64,000 nt of DNA from a bacterium (GTDB lineage: Bacteria; Zhuqueibacterota; Zhuqueibacteria; Residuimicrobiales; Krinioviventaceae). Where the stretch lies: positions 128,001 through 192,000 of the forward strand of contig CAXXFV010000008.1 of NCBI GenBank assembly GCA_963674595.2, written 5' to 3'. The position numbers and the translations under genes were made by a program. The notes beneath the pieces were generated by a model. It ran no database searches and was not told the origin of the DNA. It was given only the letters and a program-made list of their open reading frames with translations. This document shows, piece by piece, positions 50,075 through 60,639 of the stretch (position 1 is its first letter; each line of letters begins with the position of its first letter).

Positions 50075-52357
50075 ATGGGTAGAATTTCTGTGTTTTTTAT
50101 TCTTGTTCAAGTTGTTTTTTTGGGTAATGTGGCCGGAAAAAACATTGATGAAACGAATAAAGCAAAAGGACTTATTTTTTATCAATCCGGAAATTATGAT
50201 AAAGCAATTGAATTTCTTGAAAAGGCATATAAAGAAAACATAGCAGACGTATCGGTCATTCAGTTTCTTGGTGATATTTATTATGAACTGGATGATGAGG
50301 AAAAGGCAACATATTGGATGGAACGTGCCCTGGATGTTCAGGAAGGAAATCTTCCTGCCCAGTTTGTTTTGGCCAAGATTTACAGGGAAAAAGGATGGCA
50401 CAGTTCTTTCCCGATTCGGGCTTTACAATGGAAAAAATCAGAACGATATTTTAAAGGGGTGATGTCGGCAGACTCTACCTATCGTAGTGTGTTGTATGAA
50501 TATGCTTTGTTGAAGAAATATAAAGAAGACTATTCCGCAGCTATCCATCTGCTCTATAAACAACTTGCACAAAATCCAAATGATATAAAAGCAGAACATC
50601 AGTTAGATATATGTTTTGATGAATTGCTTGCTTTTGCCGGCAAAGATGAAATTGAACGTCATTTTAACACCGACACGACCGTGACGGCTGAACATTATTT
50701 TGGTGAATATTTACGTTTACAAAAAAAGTTTAGTCAGGCAGATTCTGTTTTTCAAGACTTGTTGACCAATCGTCAGATATCTGTTGTTCCTGTTTATTAC
50801 GCTTTGTCTCGTCTCCGTTATCAACAACAGGATTATGATGCCGCTATGGATTTTTATACCCAGGCAATTGATAGTATTTCCAATGAGGCGGAAGCTGATT
50901 TTATGTTCCACGACATTAAATATATTTTTGCGGACATTGAACTGGATTTTTATAAACATATAGACAACATCGGGCATATAAAAAACTTTTTTCAAAAAAC
51001 CTGGCTTCGCCGAAATCCCCTGCCTGCGCTGGAATATAATTCAAGGATTTTGGAACATATTCGCCGGATTCTTTATGCGGAAAAATATTATCGTTTTAAC
51101 GGCTTGCGTACGGTGGCCAATGATCCGGACATGTTCCGTAATGATGCGGTGATCAAGTATCCACGGGTGTTTTTTGAAAATGAAAAATTTAACGATAAGG
51201 GATTGGTCTATATCCGTTATGGCGCTCCCGATGAAACGACATCCGGCATATACTCTATGCCACGCAAGGTCGGTAATGCTGCTTTTGACGGAAAAACTTC
51301 ACACGAGTCCTGGTATTATTATGCAACAAATCTTTTTCCTAAACTTTTTTTCCATTTTCGAACGTCAGAAACAGGCCAACCCGATGCCTGGCGGTTAACG
51401 AGTCATTTGGACTATCAACTGCTTGAAGATTGTTATCATTGGGATTCACATTATGATGAATTGTTTACCGCCAGTTCAGGATTCGAATATCAGAAACGCG
51501 TCGGTTTTGCTCTGAAAAACGACAAGAATAGCTGGGGAACTGAGGAAAAGATCCCTTTGTCTGTTCCATATTATCTGGCTGTGTTTAAGGGAAAAAAGAA
51601 AACAAACCGGATAGAACTTTATTACGGATTAACTGCCAGAGATATTTGGAAAAACGACAAAGCAGAGTCTGATGATTCCATAAAGGTCGGTTTTTCCGCG
51701 TATGATAAAAACTGGATTGAACTGTACAGGTCCTCCAAAATTGTATCTGCTGCGGAAATAACCACTGCCAGTGATTCCTTTGGAATTTGGCCGGACCAGT
51801 TTTCTTTTGAGCTACAGGAAGAATCCTGTTTTATTAATTTTTATGCGATTCTGGATAATAAGCTGGGAGGACACAAGTTTAAGTGGCAGGGAGAGCCCTG
51901 GGATGATAATAGGGTACAAATGAGTGATTTGGAATTGGCTTCCAATATTGGTACCACGAAAAAGAGAAACGAATTTGTTAAAAACGATCTTGTTGTACAG
52001 CCAAAACCTGACCTGGTTTTTGATAAAAGCAAACCTGTATATGTGTATTTTGAATTGTATAATTTGCCGCTGGATACTCAAAAACATATTAAATATGTGG
52101 TCCGATACAGTGTAACGCTTTTAAAGGGTAAACATAAGAGCATTTTGAACCGTTTAACCGGCGTGTTTTCATCAGGAAAAACAGAGCAAACGGCTGCTTT
52201 GGAACGATTTGCCGGTTCAAGATTTTCAGCAGAGTCCATCGGGCTGGACCTAAACGCATTGGAAGCCGGTCAATATGAAATTCGTGTTCAGATCGAATTG
52301 CCGGGAGATTCCAATAGTGCACAAAAAGTTCAAAAATTTGTTCTTGATTTATTTTGA
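50075..52357 (+). CDS. Secreted TPR + GWxTD-domain protein
   Basis: Signal peptide, TPR-like helices, 'WLRRNPLP..YN..EHIRR..YAEKYY...DKGLVYIRYGAPD' pattern; ATG at 50075 after GAGG. Confidence 0.75.
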   Translation: MGRISVFFILVQVVFLGNVAGKNIDETNKAKGLIFYQSGNYDKAIEFLEKAYKENIADVSVIQFLGDIYYELDDEEKATYWMERALDVQEGNLPAQFVLAKIYREKGWHSSFPIRALQWKKSERYFKGVMSADSTYRSVLYEYALLKKYKEDYSAAIHLLYKQLAQNPNDIKAEHQLDICFDELLAFAGKDEIERHFNTDTTVTAEHYFGEYLRLQKKFSQADSVFQDLLTNRQISVVPVYYALSRLRYQQQDYDAAMDFYTQAIDSISNEAEADFMFHDIKYIFADIELDFYKHIDNIGHIKNFFQKTWLRRNPLPALEYNSRILEHIRRILYAEKYYRFNGLRTVANDPDMFRNDAVIKYPRVFFENEKFNDKGLVYIRYGAPDETTSGIYSMPRKVGNAAFDGKTSHESWYYYATNLFPKLFFHFRTSETGQPDAWRLTSHLDYQLLEDCYHWDSHYDELFTASSGFEYQKRVGFALKNDKNSWGTEEKIPLSVPYYLAVFKGKKKTNRIELYYGLTARDIWKNDKAESDDSIKVGFSAYDKNWIELYRSSKIVSAAEITTASDSFGIWPDQFSFELQEESCFINFYAILDNKLGGHKFKWQGEPWDDNRVQMSDLELASNIGTTKKRNEFVKNDLVVQPKPDLVFDKSKPVYVYFELYNLPLDTQKHIKYVVRYSVTLLKGKHKSILNRLTGVFSSGKTEQTAALERFAGSRFSAESIGLDLNALEAGQYEIRVQIELPGDSNSAQKVQKFVLDLF

Positions 52358-52410
52358 ATTAACCTGTTAAAAAATATAATTTTATTGTGCTAATTAGAAA
52401 AGGGGACATT

Positions 52411-53196
52411 ATGTCTGGGAATAAGTTGTATGAGGTTTTGGCTTTCACCATTTTGCTCTTTGCTGCTTGTTCAAAAGATTCAACAGATTTTCATGATGCT
52501 TATGTGTTTGACAAAAAGGTTAACAGCGGGCTATCTCTAAACAATGAAAAAGTCATAATCTGTGAAAACTCAATCGGTAGTGTTAATATAGAAGGAAGAG
52601 TGCAGGAAGACACAATTTTGGTCTATATGTACAAAAGTGTTCTCACTGAATCACAGGAATATGCTGATAGTTTTTTTCCAAAAATGCAGCTCGTCTCTTC
52701 AAGCAATAAAGATACATTATCTCTCTCTGTAAATTATGACTATGACAAAAACATTCAAAACCTGAATTGTGCTGTTTATTTAACTGTTCCTTATCAGATG
52801 GCCTGTAAGGTTTTGAATGTAAAAAAGAAAGTAACAGCATCCTATTTGGATGATGACCTGCATGTTGTTGATGCTCTTGATGATATTGAGGTGATCGGCC
52901 ACACCAGTTCCTGCAATTTGATTACATCAAACGGCGACATAACAATGCAGGTAGATTTACCCGACAGTGGTTATTGTATTGCTGAAACCCAGGAAGGCGA
53001 TATTTTGTTAAATCTGCCAAAAACAGCCTCGGCTGATGTATACGTGTCTGCACCCTCCGGTACAATTGAGGTTTCGGAATTAAGTTTAACCAACGTTGTA
53101 CAAACCCAGGATTCTTTGACGGCCGTTCTAAATAACGGTCATGGGACAATTCGCTTGATGACAAACAAGGGAAACGTCATGCTAAAGGGGATTTAA
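52411..53196 (+). CDS. Lipoprotein with DUF4097-like beta-strand repeats
   Basis: Lipobox LFAAC; TSNGDI, TQEGDI, TNKGNV repeats. Confidence 0.7.
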   Translation: MSGNKLYEVLAFTILLFAACSKDSTDFHDAYVFDKKVNSGLSLNNEKVIICENSIGSVNIEGRVQEDTILVYMYKSVLTESQEYADSFFPKMQLVSSSNKDTLSLSVNYDYDKNIQNLNCAVYLTVPYQMACKVLNVKKKVTASYLDDDLHVVDALDDIEVIGHTSSCNLITSNGDITMQVDLPDSGYCIAETQEGDILLNLPKTASADVYVSAPSGTIEVSELSLTNVVQTQDSLTAVLNNGHGTIRLMTNKGNVMLKGI

Positions 53197-53239
53197 GGGG
53201 ATTTATCATATTAAGAATTTGACATAACAGGGAATAAAG

Positions 53240-55063
53240 ATGTATAAACTATATTCATATATAATAATCACATTTATTGTTTTTATGGTCTATTGTGGAA
53301 AGTCAGATCATATTGTCAACCATCCGAATGATGTTGAGACAGAACCACCGCCAAGTGGTATTACCGCAACGGTTGCCGATTCGGCTGATACGTTGTATGC
53401 ATGTGGTTATACAGTTATTAAATATTCTGTTGATTTTAACAACCATTGTTTTGACTCTTGCAAAATTTATTTGGATTCAACATTGTTATATAACCAAAAT
53501 AGAATGGATGCACTTTATTTCAATTCAACGCAATACAATGATGGTTGGTATAAGCTAAAATTATATTTTTTTTCACATACTTTACGGGATAATATTAATG
53601 ATTATACCTTTCATGCATTTATTGACTCCCTTATCATCCCACTTTTTATAAAAAATGGTCCGCCTGAGCCGATTCAAATTATAAGTGCGGCAATTATTGA
53701 CGGCAAGCTGCAAATCGAATGGCCGAAATATAATTATTTTGATTTTGAAGAATATCAGGTTTTTGAGGATGACTCAAAGGTTGATGTTATTACAGATCCC
53801 AATATAACTTACTGGAGACATCCATTTTTTATTGGATTATGGGAAGACATGAAAATAAAAATTAAAACCAGAGGACACTTGGTGGATGGAATCCCGAAAA
53901 GATGCAAGTTTGACTCTCCTCAAATTACTGAATTGACGTTTTTAAATAATAAAAACATTGAATTAAAATGGAAAAAATGTCTGTTTGACTCTGCTTTTAA
54001 AAGTTATCTCGTGGAATGGAAATATGGCGATCCTGCAGATTATAATATTGAATGGAAATCACTAAAACTAATTGAGGATATAAATACCACATCCTTTGCT
54101 GATTCTTTTTTTATATTTGGTGATCTTGTGTCGATGAGAGTGCTAACTCGCTCAAAAAATGACTCTTATCGTATTGCAAGTAAAGCTGCTACAGGATATT
54201 TTGGTAAAGAGATGCCAATTTTTGAAAATATTGAATATGATCCTATCGATAAAAGGTATTTCCTGTTGGGAAAATATTATGCTGTGCTTGATGCTGATAA
54301 TATGCAGGTTTTATTTTCACATCCAACATCGCCTGTTTTAAGTAAGGATTGTCAAAGTGCTTATGTACGGAAAGATAATACCAAAATAGTTGTCGTTAAT
54401 CCTTTGGATTTATCGCCCATCAAAGAATATAATGTCCAGGACATTGTCGGCTCGCATATTCGTCGGATCGTCGGTATCGTTGGTGCTAATAATGGCAGAT
54501 TTATTTTTCAAGGTTATACCTATCGTAATCCAACATATTATTACGAAAAGACATATTATGTCGATTTGGAAAAGAACAAAATATTAGATGAAATGGGAAA
54601 TATTCCTCATATGTGGGAAATTTCTTCGGATGGTGAATATGTACTCATCTCTGATTCGTCTATCAGGTTGGTTAAGTATCTTCCTGAATGGGGATTAGTG
54701 TATTGGCAAAATCTTACTTCAATTAAAAATTTTAGTTTATACCATACAGAGAATGCTTTCATTTTTACAAATAATAAAAGAATCCGTGTTTTTGATTTGG
54801 AAACAAAACAAAGGATTAAAGAGTTTGTAATAGAAGATGATTTAGTGTATCCGGACGTTGATTTGGAGACGAATTGTCTTGGTGGTTTTGTGATAATCAA
54901 TAACGAAAATCAAGATTGTAAATATAGGATTTATGATTTAAATAGCGGACAAAAAGTTTATGAGGCCAAAGTGTTGCGGGGCAGTGGTGGTCAAAATTAC
55001 TGGCTGCAGAATAACAAGATTTTAACCAAGAATGGTTTTTATCTTCCAATTGATATTAATTAA
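53240..55063 (+). CDS. Hypothetical lipoprotein (Fn3-like repeats plus probable beta-propeller)
   Basis: Hydrophobic N-terminus ending in Cys; repeated 'I.W.K....F..Y.V' units; beta-rich C-terminal half. Confidence 0.6.
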   Translation: MYKLYSYIIITFIVFMVYCGKSDHIVNHPNDVETEPPPSGITATVADSADTLYACGYTVIKYSVDFNNHCFDSCKIYLDSTLLYNQNRMDALYFNSTQYNDGWYKLKLYFFSHTLRDNINDYTFHAFIDSLIIPLFIKNGPPEPIQIISAAIIDGKLQIEWPKYNYFDFEEYQVFEDDSKVDVITDPNITYWRHPFFIGLWEDMKIKIKTRGHLVDGIPKRCKFDSPQITELTFLNNKNIELKWKKCLFDSAFKSYLVEWKYGDPADYNIEWKSLKLIEDINTTSFADSFFIFGDLVSMRVLTRSKNDSYRIASKAATGYFGKEMPIFENIEYDPIDKRYFLLGKYYAVLDADNMQVLFSHPTSPVLSKDCQSAYVRKDNTKIVVVNPLDLSPIKEYNVQDIVGSHIRRIVGIVGANNGRFIFQGYTYRNPTYYYEKTYYVDLEKNKILDEMGNIPHMWEISSDGEYVLISDSSIRLVKYLPEWGLVYWQNLTSIKNFSLYHTENAFIFTNNKRIRVFDLETKQRIKEFVIEDDLVYPDVDLETNCLGGFVIINNENQDCKYRIYDLNSGQKVYEAKVLRGSGGQNYWLQNNKILTKNGFYLPIDIN

Positions 55064-55168
55064 GTTGTGAGAAAAATTACTCAACCCTGCAAAATTTTCA
55101 CATAACGAAATAAATGCAGACTGTTCTTACGAATTGACTGATTATTAATAAAATTTCAGGCACTAATC

Positions 55169-55184
55169 CGGCACGCCGTATGCA
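55169..55184 (+). promoter_or_regulatory. Sigma-54-like (-24/-12) promoter
   Basis: CGGCACGCCGTATGCA = GG-N10-GC; upstream dyads TGAG-N8-CTCA (55068-55083) and TGCAAAATTTTCACA (55088-55102). Confidence 0.6.
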
Positions 55185-55259
55185 TATAGAAAGTTATCGT
55201 GTATTTGTGTAATGGTCTTATATAAGAAGGAATAACAGTCCTGGTTTTGGTATGAAAGG

Positions 55260-56222
55260 TTGATTATGAAAAAAGTGCTTCTGATGTTTATTGCCATATA
55301 TTTTATCATGTCCTTTTTTTCATTAGCTCAGGCAGACGATAAAAGCGCTTACTTTCCTTTACAGGTTGGAAATATATGGCAATATAAAATTGACCATAGA
55401 AATACTGATTTCGACGACAGGTGGACCACATATCAGACGGTGGAGGTATTAAAGGACACCGTACTTGCCAACGGTAAAACATATTATTATGTTACCGGAT
55501 TTGGTAAACCATATTATCCTGCAATACCAAGTTTAGTACGATATGACTCTCTTAGCCAATGTTTATTCTATGCCCGTAATTTATTTTCTTATTGGCCATA
55601 TTGTAATGAATGTGACGAATATCCATTATTTGACTTGAATTTACCCGATTCTGTGTATCATTATTTCTATTGTGCAAATTATGCCGAATGTGAAGCAGAT
55701 TATAAAACCGGATTTGGCCAGGTTGGCAATTTGCCGGATTCTTCTCAGTATAAATCATTTACCTTTTATGATTACTGGACAATGATTAAAAAAAGAGAAT
55801 ACCGTATTTATTTTAAAAATTATGGTATTTCAATTTGGAAGGTTTTAAATTTTCACCAATGGGCTGATGCAAAACTGATTTATGCCAAAATCAATGGCCA
55901 AGAGTTTGGAGATTATTATGAAACACGTGTGGAAAGTAAACCGGTAGTAACGAATACCGATTTTCAATTGGACCAAAATTATCCCAATCCGTTTAACAGT
56001 TCGACGACGATTTATTATACCATAAACAAGCCCGGCAAGGTGTGTCTGCAAGTTTACAATTCAGCCGGTCAGGTCGTAAAAACCTTGTTTGATGAATACA
56101 GAAACAGCGGACGCTATTCGGTAAATTTTAATGCACAAAACCTGCCGTCCGGTGTGTATTTTTATCAGTTAAAGTCAGATACCCGGCAAAGTCTGGTTAA
56201 AGAGTTTGTTTATTTGAAATAA
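55260..56222 (+). CDS. Secreted protein with C-terminal T9SS type A-like / FlgD-Ig sorting domain
   Basis: Signal peptide; YFPLQVGNIWQY N-terminal motif; LDQNYPNPFNSSTTI...VYNSAGQ...LPSGVYFYQL. Confidence 0.85.
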   Translation: MIMKKVLLMFIAIYFIMSFFSLAQADDKSAYFPLQVGNIWQYKIDHRNTDFDDRWTTYQTVEVLKDTVLANGKTYYYVTGFGKPYYPAIPSLVRYDSLSQCLFYARNLFSYWPYCNECDEYPLFDLNLPDSVYHYFYCANYAECEADYKTGFGQVGNLPDSSQYKSFTFYDYWTMIKKREYRIYFKNYGISIWKVLNFHQWADAKLIYAKINGQEFGDYYETRVESKPVVTNTDFQLDQNYPNPFNSSTTIYYTINKPGKVCLQVYNSAGQVVKTLFDEYRNSGRYSVNFNAQNLPSGVYFYQLKSDTRQSLVKEFVYLK

Positions 56223-56272
56223 CCGTAAACTTGTATATCAAAGAATATGTGAATTAGCTAGTTGGTTTATAT

Positions 56273-57325
56273 TTAATTTTTTGGCGGGTGGTATCGGTTC
56301 CAGAATTTATATTTACTTAACGAGGTATAGGCTATTATTTTGTTAAAAAATCTATATCGCATTAAATAGTGCAGAATGTGATAATTGATAAACACAAAGG
56401 CCAGGAAAATAAATGCATTGACAAGGGCCCATGTTTTCTGAGTAAACCAGGAACGTTGAATCTGTTCATAAAAATCGAGATTTTTTAACAATAAAATCAA
56501 CAGGGGAGAGATGACTGCTAAAGACATAAAGATTAAATAGGCGGCAAATCCCTGCATGGTTTCAATGGCCCGTGTGTGGCAGGCATTAACACAACGCATA
56601 CAGCTTTCGCATTTAAAGGACCAATAGGGCCGGCCATTTACAAGACTTATGGCCTTTACCGGACATTGAAGAATGCACTTCATGCAGGTATCACAGGCGT
56701 CTGTTGCAATCAGTGTTTTTGCCAGAAAAAATCGTCCGATAATATAATAGAGTACGGTAATCGGCAGCAAAATGATGTCAAGCGGCAGGGTGAAAAGTGC
56801 GTTGTAATTTTTTTTACCGCTAAGCATTTTTTGTGTGAAATTTTTAACAATACCCCGGCATCTGTTGTAGATGGCGTCAACTGTTTTTTTATTTAAACTC
56901 GGGTGAAGGATCAGCCAGTTTGACGGCAGGTCCAGCGGCTGCATAGCAACAATTCTATATCCTTTTAAACATAACATGATTGCCGGTAGCAGTTGGGCCA
57001 TGCCGCTGATGCCGGGCAGGAACAGCTTGAAGAGTTTTAATCCGCCGCGTGTGTTCAGAATAAATGCATCTATTTTTTTTGTTTTCGGAAATTTCTGGAT
57101 GAATTTTAACGCTAATGGCGGCAGATTAAATCCGTGAGTTGGTGAACAAAAACCGATCAATGTTTTTTCCGTAAGGGCCGGCGGTTGGATGCTTTCGAAC
57201 CTGTCGATATTGATCAACTGCGTTTCCAGTCCGTTTTCCTCTGCTGTTTTTTGGATCCACTTTGCAGCATTTTTAGCATTGCCCGTCCCTGAAAAATAAT
57301 AGATAATCACTTTATCATATTTCAT
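56273..57325 (-). CDS. EFR1-family flavodoxin-ferredoxin fusion with C-terminal TM helices
   Basis: YYFSGTGNA; CDTCMKCILQCP and CESCMRCVNAC; start set at MKYDK (57325). Confidence 0.85.
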   Translation of the reverse strand: MKYDKVIIYYFSGTGNAKNAAKWIQKTAEENGLETQLINIDRFESIQPPALTEKTLIGFCSPTHGFNLPPLALKFIQKFPKTKKIDAFILNTRGGLKLFKLFLPGISGMAQLLPAIMLCLKGYRIVAMQPLDLPSNWLILHPSLNKKTVDAIYNRCRGIVKNFTQKMLSGKKNYNALFTLPLDIILLPITVLYYIIGRFFLAKTLIATDACDTCMKCILQCPVKAISLVNGRPYWSFKCESCMRCVNACHTRAIETMQGFAAYLIFMSLAVISPLLILLLKNLDFYEQIQRSWFTQKTWALVNAFIFLAFVFINYHILHYLMRYRFFNKIIAYTSLSKYKFWNRYHPPKN

Positions 57326-57341
57326 GGCGTTTTCTTTTCTT

Positions 57342-58301
57342 TTACGGTTTAATATCAACTGTTTTTGTTTTTTGATTTTCGCATATATAGCGCAAGTGCT
57401 CCACGCCTGTGCCGCAGCAGCCGCCAAGTATCTTAATCCCGTAATCGCTGTTCAGTTCCAGCATTTTATCACCCCAATCAGAGATGCTGTCTACCTGTAA
57501 GGTTTCAGCCCCTTCCAGATCACAATGGTTCAGGGAGGATGCATTTCCCATATATCCCACCAGTCTGTCAAATACTACTTTTGGCTGTTTTCCCGGACAT
57601 AAAAAGGAGGGATGGGCGCAATTGACCATATAACCGGCAGGACGTCTTTTTGTATTTTGGTCCACTTTTTCTATGGCGTTCGATAGAGGAGTGCCGTCTA
57701 AAACGTTACCGTCCCTGGAAATGACAAAACTGATAAAATAAATCAGGTCTGTTTGCGCCATTGCCCGGGCAATACCAATAGATTCATCGACCTGCGGCAG
57801 CGTTTCCGCAATTAAAAAATCAACACCTGCATTGGTCAAATGATTAATCTGCCACGTATGAAACTCTGTTGCCTGTTGGATGGAAAGGGCCTGGTGTGGT
57901 TTGTAGCAGTCGTTTTTACAGCCGACCAGACCGCTTATTTTAATCCTTTTTGCCAAGTCTGTTCTTTTCTGTCTCAGCTCTTTCAGAAATTCGACCGCAT
58001 CATAAATTATTTGGTGCCCGTATTCAGAGTCGTTCACTCTGGTGTAATTCGTTCGCCAGGTTGGTGTGCACAGGAAAATATCAGTATCGTATTGTTGGGC
58101 GATATCGATATAACTGTCGTATATTTGCGCCATCAGAACACGCCCCGCTTTGTCATAGATCAATGGTGCATTGACCAATGTCGGGTGCAGCTCGATCTCT
58201 TTTGACCGGCGCAGTCGTTCAATGATGGAACCTTCCATGAGAATAAAATCGTTTTGATCGATTATATTTTGTAAATGAATGTTTTTGTCGGATGTGCTCA
58301 T
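57342..58301 (-). CDS. Homocysteine S-methyltransferase family protein
   Basis: AETLP, DGTPL, VNCAHP, LGGCCGT Zn ligands. Confidence 0.88.
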   Translation of the reverse strand: MSTSDKNIHLQNIIDQNDFILMEGSIIERLRRSKEIELHPTLVNAPLIYDKAGRVLMAQIYDSYIDIAQQYDTDIFLCTPTWRTNYTRVNDSEYGHQIIYDAVEFLKELRQKRTDLAKRIKISGLVGCKNDCYKPHQALSIQQATEFHTWQINHLTNAGVDFLIAETLPQVDESIGIARAMAQTDLIYFISFVISRDGNVLDGTPLSNAIEKVDQNTKRRPAGYMVNCAHPSFLCPGKQPKVVFDRLVGYMGNASSLNHCDLEGAETLQVDSISDWGDKMLELNSDYGIKILGGCCGTGVEHLRYICENQKTKTVDIKP

Positions 58302-58374
58302 GGTATTCCAAATCGGGAATTCAAATCCATTGTAAAAATTGAGATGTTGTATTGATTTTATTTTATCATGTCAG

Positions 58375-59001
58375 TCAAATTTTGTCTTTAATTAAATCAT
58401 ATAGTATCATTATGGCAAACATTAAAATCGTTATCCCGGAAATCAGGTTTATTCGTTTTATAATTCCATTGCCAATCTTATTTTTCAATTTGTAGGTTAA
58501 ACTGCTTAAAAACAGCCACCAAATTCCTGAACCGACAAACACCCCTGTTACTAACAAAATTGGAGCGAGTTTTATATTTTCAGCATTCGACAAACCTAAT
58601 CCTGCAAAAACAGCGAGAAAAAATAAAACAGTCATGGGATTTGTAATTGTCAGCAAAAAGGTGGTAATATAATCTTTAATCAACCCTACATTACCGACCT
58701 TATTTAATTTGAATTGTGGTTTTTGGAATAAAGTTTTGATACCCACATAAAACAAAAATAACAGGCCGAATATCTGCATCCATAATTTTTGAGCAATTAA
58801 AAAATTGGATATAATCGTCAGGCCAAAACCTGCGATTAATCCGTAAATTAAATCTGCTGTTGCTGCTCCCAGACCGCTGACAAGTCCGGAAAAATAGCTT
58901 TTATCAATTGTTCTGTTAATACAAAGTACCCCGATCGGGCCAACAGGCGCAGCAACAGAGAAGCCGAGTATTAATCCTTTGAATAAAAAAGTGAGTTCCA
59001 T
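58375..59001 (-). CDS. LysE family translocator
   Basis: AAPVGPIGVLCI, GAATAD, LTITNP. Confidence 0.92.
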   Translation of the reverse strand: MELTFLFKGLILGFSVAAPVGPIGVLCINRTIDKSYFSGLVSGLGAATADLIYGLIAGFGLTIISNFLIAQKLWMQIFGLLFLFYVGIKTLFQKPQFKLNKVGNVGLIKDYITTFLLTITNPMTVLFFLAVFAGLGLSNAENIKLAPILLVTGVFVGSGIWWLFLSSLTYKLKNKIGNGIIKRINLISGITILMFAIMILYDLIKDKI

Positions 59002-59023
59002 TTTGGTTTGTTGTCCGCTATGA

Positions 59024-60613
59024 TTAAGGTTTCCCTTGAATCCAGATCGGGCTGGACCAGGCCATGCTGCCGTTGCTTTGGATTACGCGAACATAATACC
59101 AGTCCTGTTTGTCTGAACCGTCTGTGTCTGTAAATTGAAACGTCTTTTTATATTGATCACTAAAAGCCAGCCGATGGATCATAACCGATTCGGATGTAAA
59201 CGGACCGGTAAAAAATATGTCATTGGATTTGGCCAGTTCTGCCAGGGTTTTGGTTATTTCCATTTCCGCAGGTTCTTTGAGTTTGATTTTTACAACAGAT
59301 TCCGGTTTTCCCTGAATAGCCAAAACAACACTGTTGGCCGCATGTTCTTCAAATGCCTGCTTTCGAGATGTGTAGGATTGCACATGATACTTGTTTTTAT
59401 CGATCTGTAAAAGTTTATTGCGCCGGTTTTCATCAAAAGGTCCCGATTGCCAGCAGGGGGTTGCATCAACAATGTCTGCATTGTTCGTGAGGACATCAAA
59501 ATCCCAGTCACATATACGTGCCATAGACAGATCGCCCCAGGGGCCCCAGCCAAATTCGATGCGCAGCAGCACAGGTTCGTCCCAGCATTGCGGTTCCTGA
59601 ATGTTGCTATCGATAGGGTGTTCGCGGTGAATGACCTGGTTGTTACGAAGCACTTCAATGCGGTCGATGACGCCTTTACCTTCAACGTTTACATAAAGAT
59701 CACGGGAATTTGTATAGTCCAGAATTTCACCCATATAATGACCGTTGAGTTGAAAATCCAGTAAAATACGGTCAGCGCTTACACCATAGGTCCTGCGGGC
59801 TTTGATGGCCTCGATAATACCTTCACGCGTGAGTGTGTCCGCCCAAACTGCGGCCAGACCTTCACCATAGGCGCCCGGAAATCCGAGATGGTCATCCGTA
59901 CTGCCGATGACACCGGCAACATGGCCTGTAGACCAAAATGCCTGTAAAGTATTGGGATAATATCTGCCGCTCATACTGTGACGGATATATCGACCAGGCG
60001 ATAGTATGGATTCCGCGTTTCCATGTTCTGAAAAAATTTCCACAACCGGCGAAAGAGACGTATCAACCGACGCCCAGTTTTGCCCCCGCCAGTCTTGTTT
60101 ATACCCAGGGTGGTGCGGAATGACTAGCGCTCCGGTTTCTCTGGCATATTTGTGCAGTTCATCAATTGTTTTAAAACTGATCAGTTTGGCATCTGAACCC
60201 GGAAAGACAAGGTGAGAATCGCCCCATTCGCTGGAATGGAATTCGTAACCAATAAACGGCACAAATTTACCGGGCTTGTAGGTGCTGTTTGCCATTTCTT
60301 TGATATTGTCCCAATTTTTTCTTGTGACCTCAAAACCGTTAACCCATTTCATATGTTTGTTTTGCGGCATAATGGGCATATCCGGCCACATGGAATGGGG
60401 AGTAAAACAATAAAAATCCAAATGGCTTTGAGCAATATCATAACTGCGTTCCAAAGAACCTTTTGCATAACCCACAGCGTTATGGTTATGCAGGTCTCCC
60501 CAGTAAAGTTTTTTTGTTGTCGGCTTCATGTTTATTCCGGTTTTTGTTTGACAATTTGAAATTATCAGGCACATAAGGCACAGTGCCATGCAGGTTAATT
60601 TAAATTTTTTCAT
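59024..60613 (-). CDS. PHP-fold metallohydrolase lipoprotein (DUF3604/CehA-McbA-like)
   Basis: Lipoprotein-type signal; WGDLHNH, GYEF, IPHHPG, EIFSEHG, GSTDDH, AWSSPIW. Confidence 0.75.
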   Translation of the reverse strand: MKKFKLTCMALCLMCLIISNCQTKTGINMKPTTKKLYWGDLHNHNAVGYAKGSLERSYDIAQSHLDFYCFTPHSMWPDMPIMPQNKHMKWVNGFEVTRKNWDNIKEMANSTYKPGKFVPFIGYEFHSSEWGDSHLVFPGSDAKLISFKTIDELHKYARETGALVIPHHPGYKQDWRGQNWASVDTSLSPVVEIFSEHGNAESILSPGRYIRHSMSGRYYPNTLQAFWSTGHVAGVIGSTDDHLGFPGAYGEGLAAVWADTLTREGIIEAIKARRTYGVSADRILLDFQLNGHYMGEILDYTNSRDLYVNVEGKGVIDRIEVLRNNQVIHREHPIDSNIQEPQCWDEPVLLRIEFGWGPWGDLSMARICDWDFDVLTNNADIVDATPCWQSGPFDENRRNKLLQIDKNKYHVQSYTSRKQAFEEHAANSVVLAIQGKPESVVKIKLKEPAEMEITKTLAELAKSNDIFFTGPFTSESVMIHRLAFSDQYKKTFQFTDTDGSDKQDWYYVRVIQSNGSMAWSSPIWIQGKP

Positions 60614-60639
60614 AACTTCTCCATGGCGAAAATTTTTCG

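Noticed and set aside
57326-57427. N-terminal extension of the EFR1 ORF (MAAAAAQAW...)
   Set aside because: Overlaps the methyltransferase C-terminus in another frame; the flavodoxin motif begins right after MKYDK
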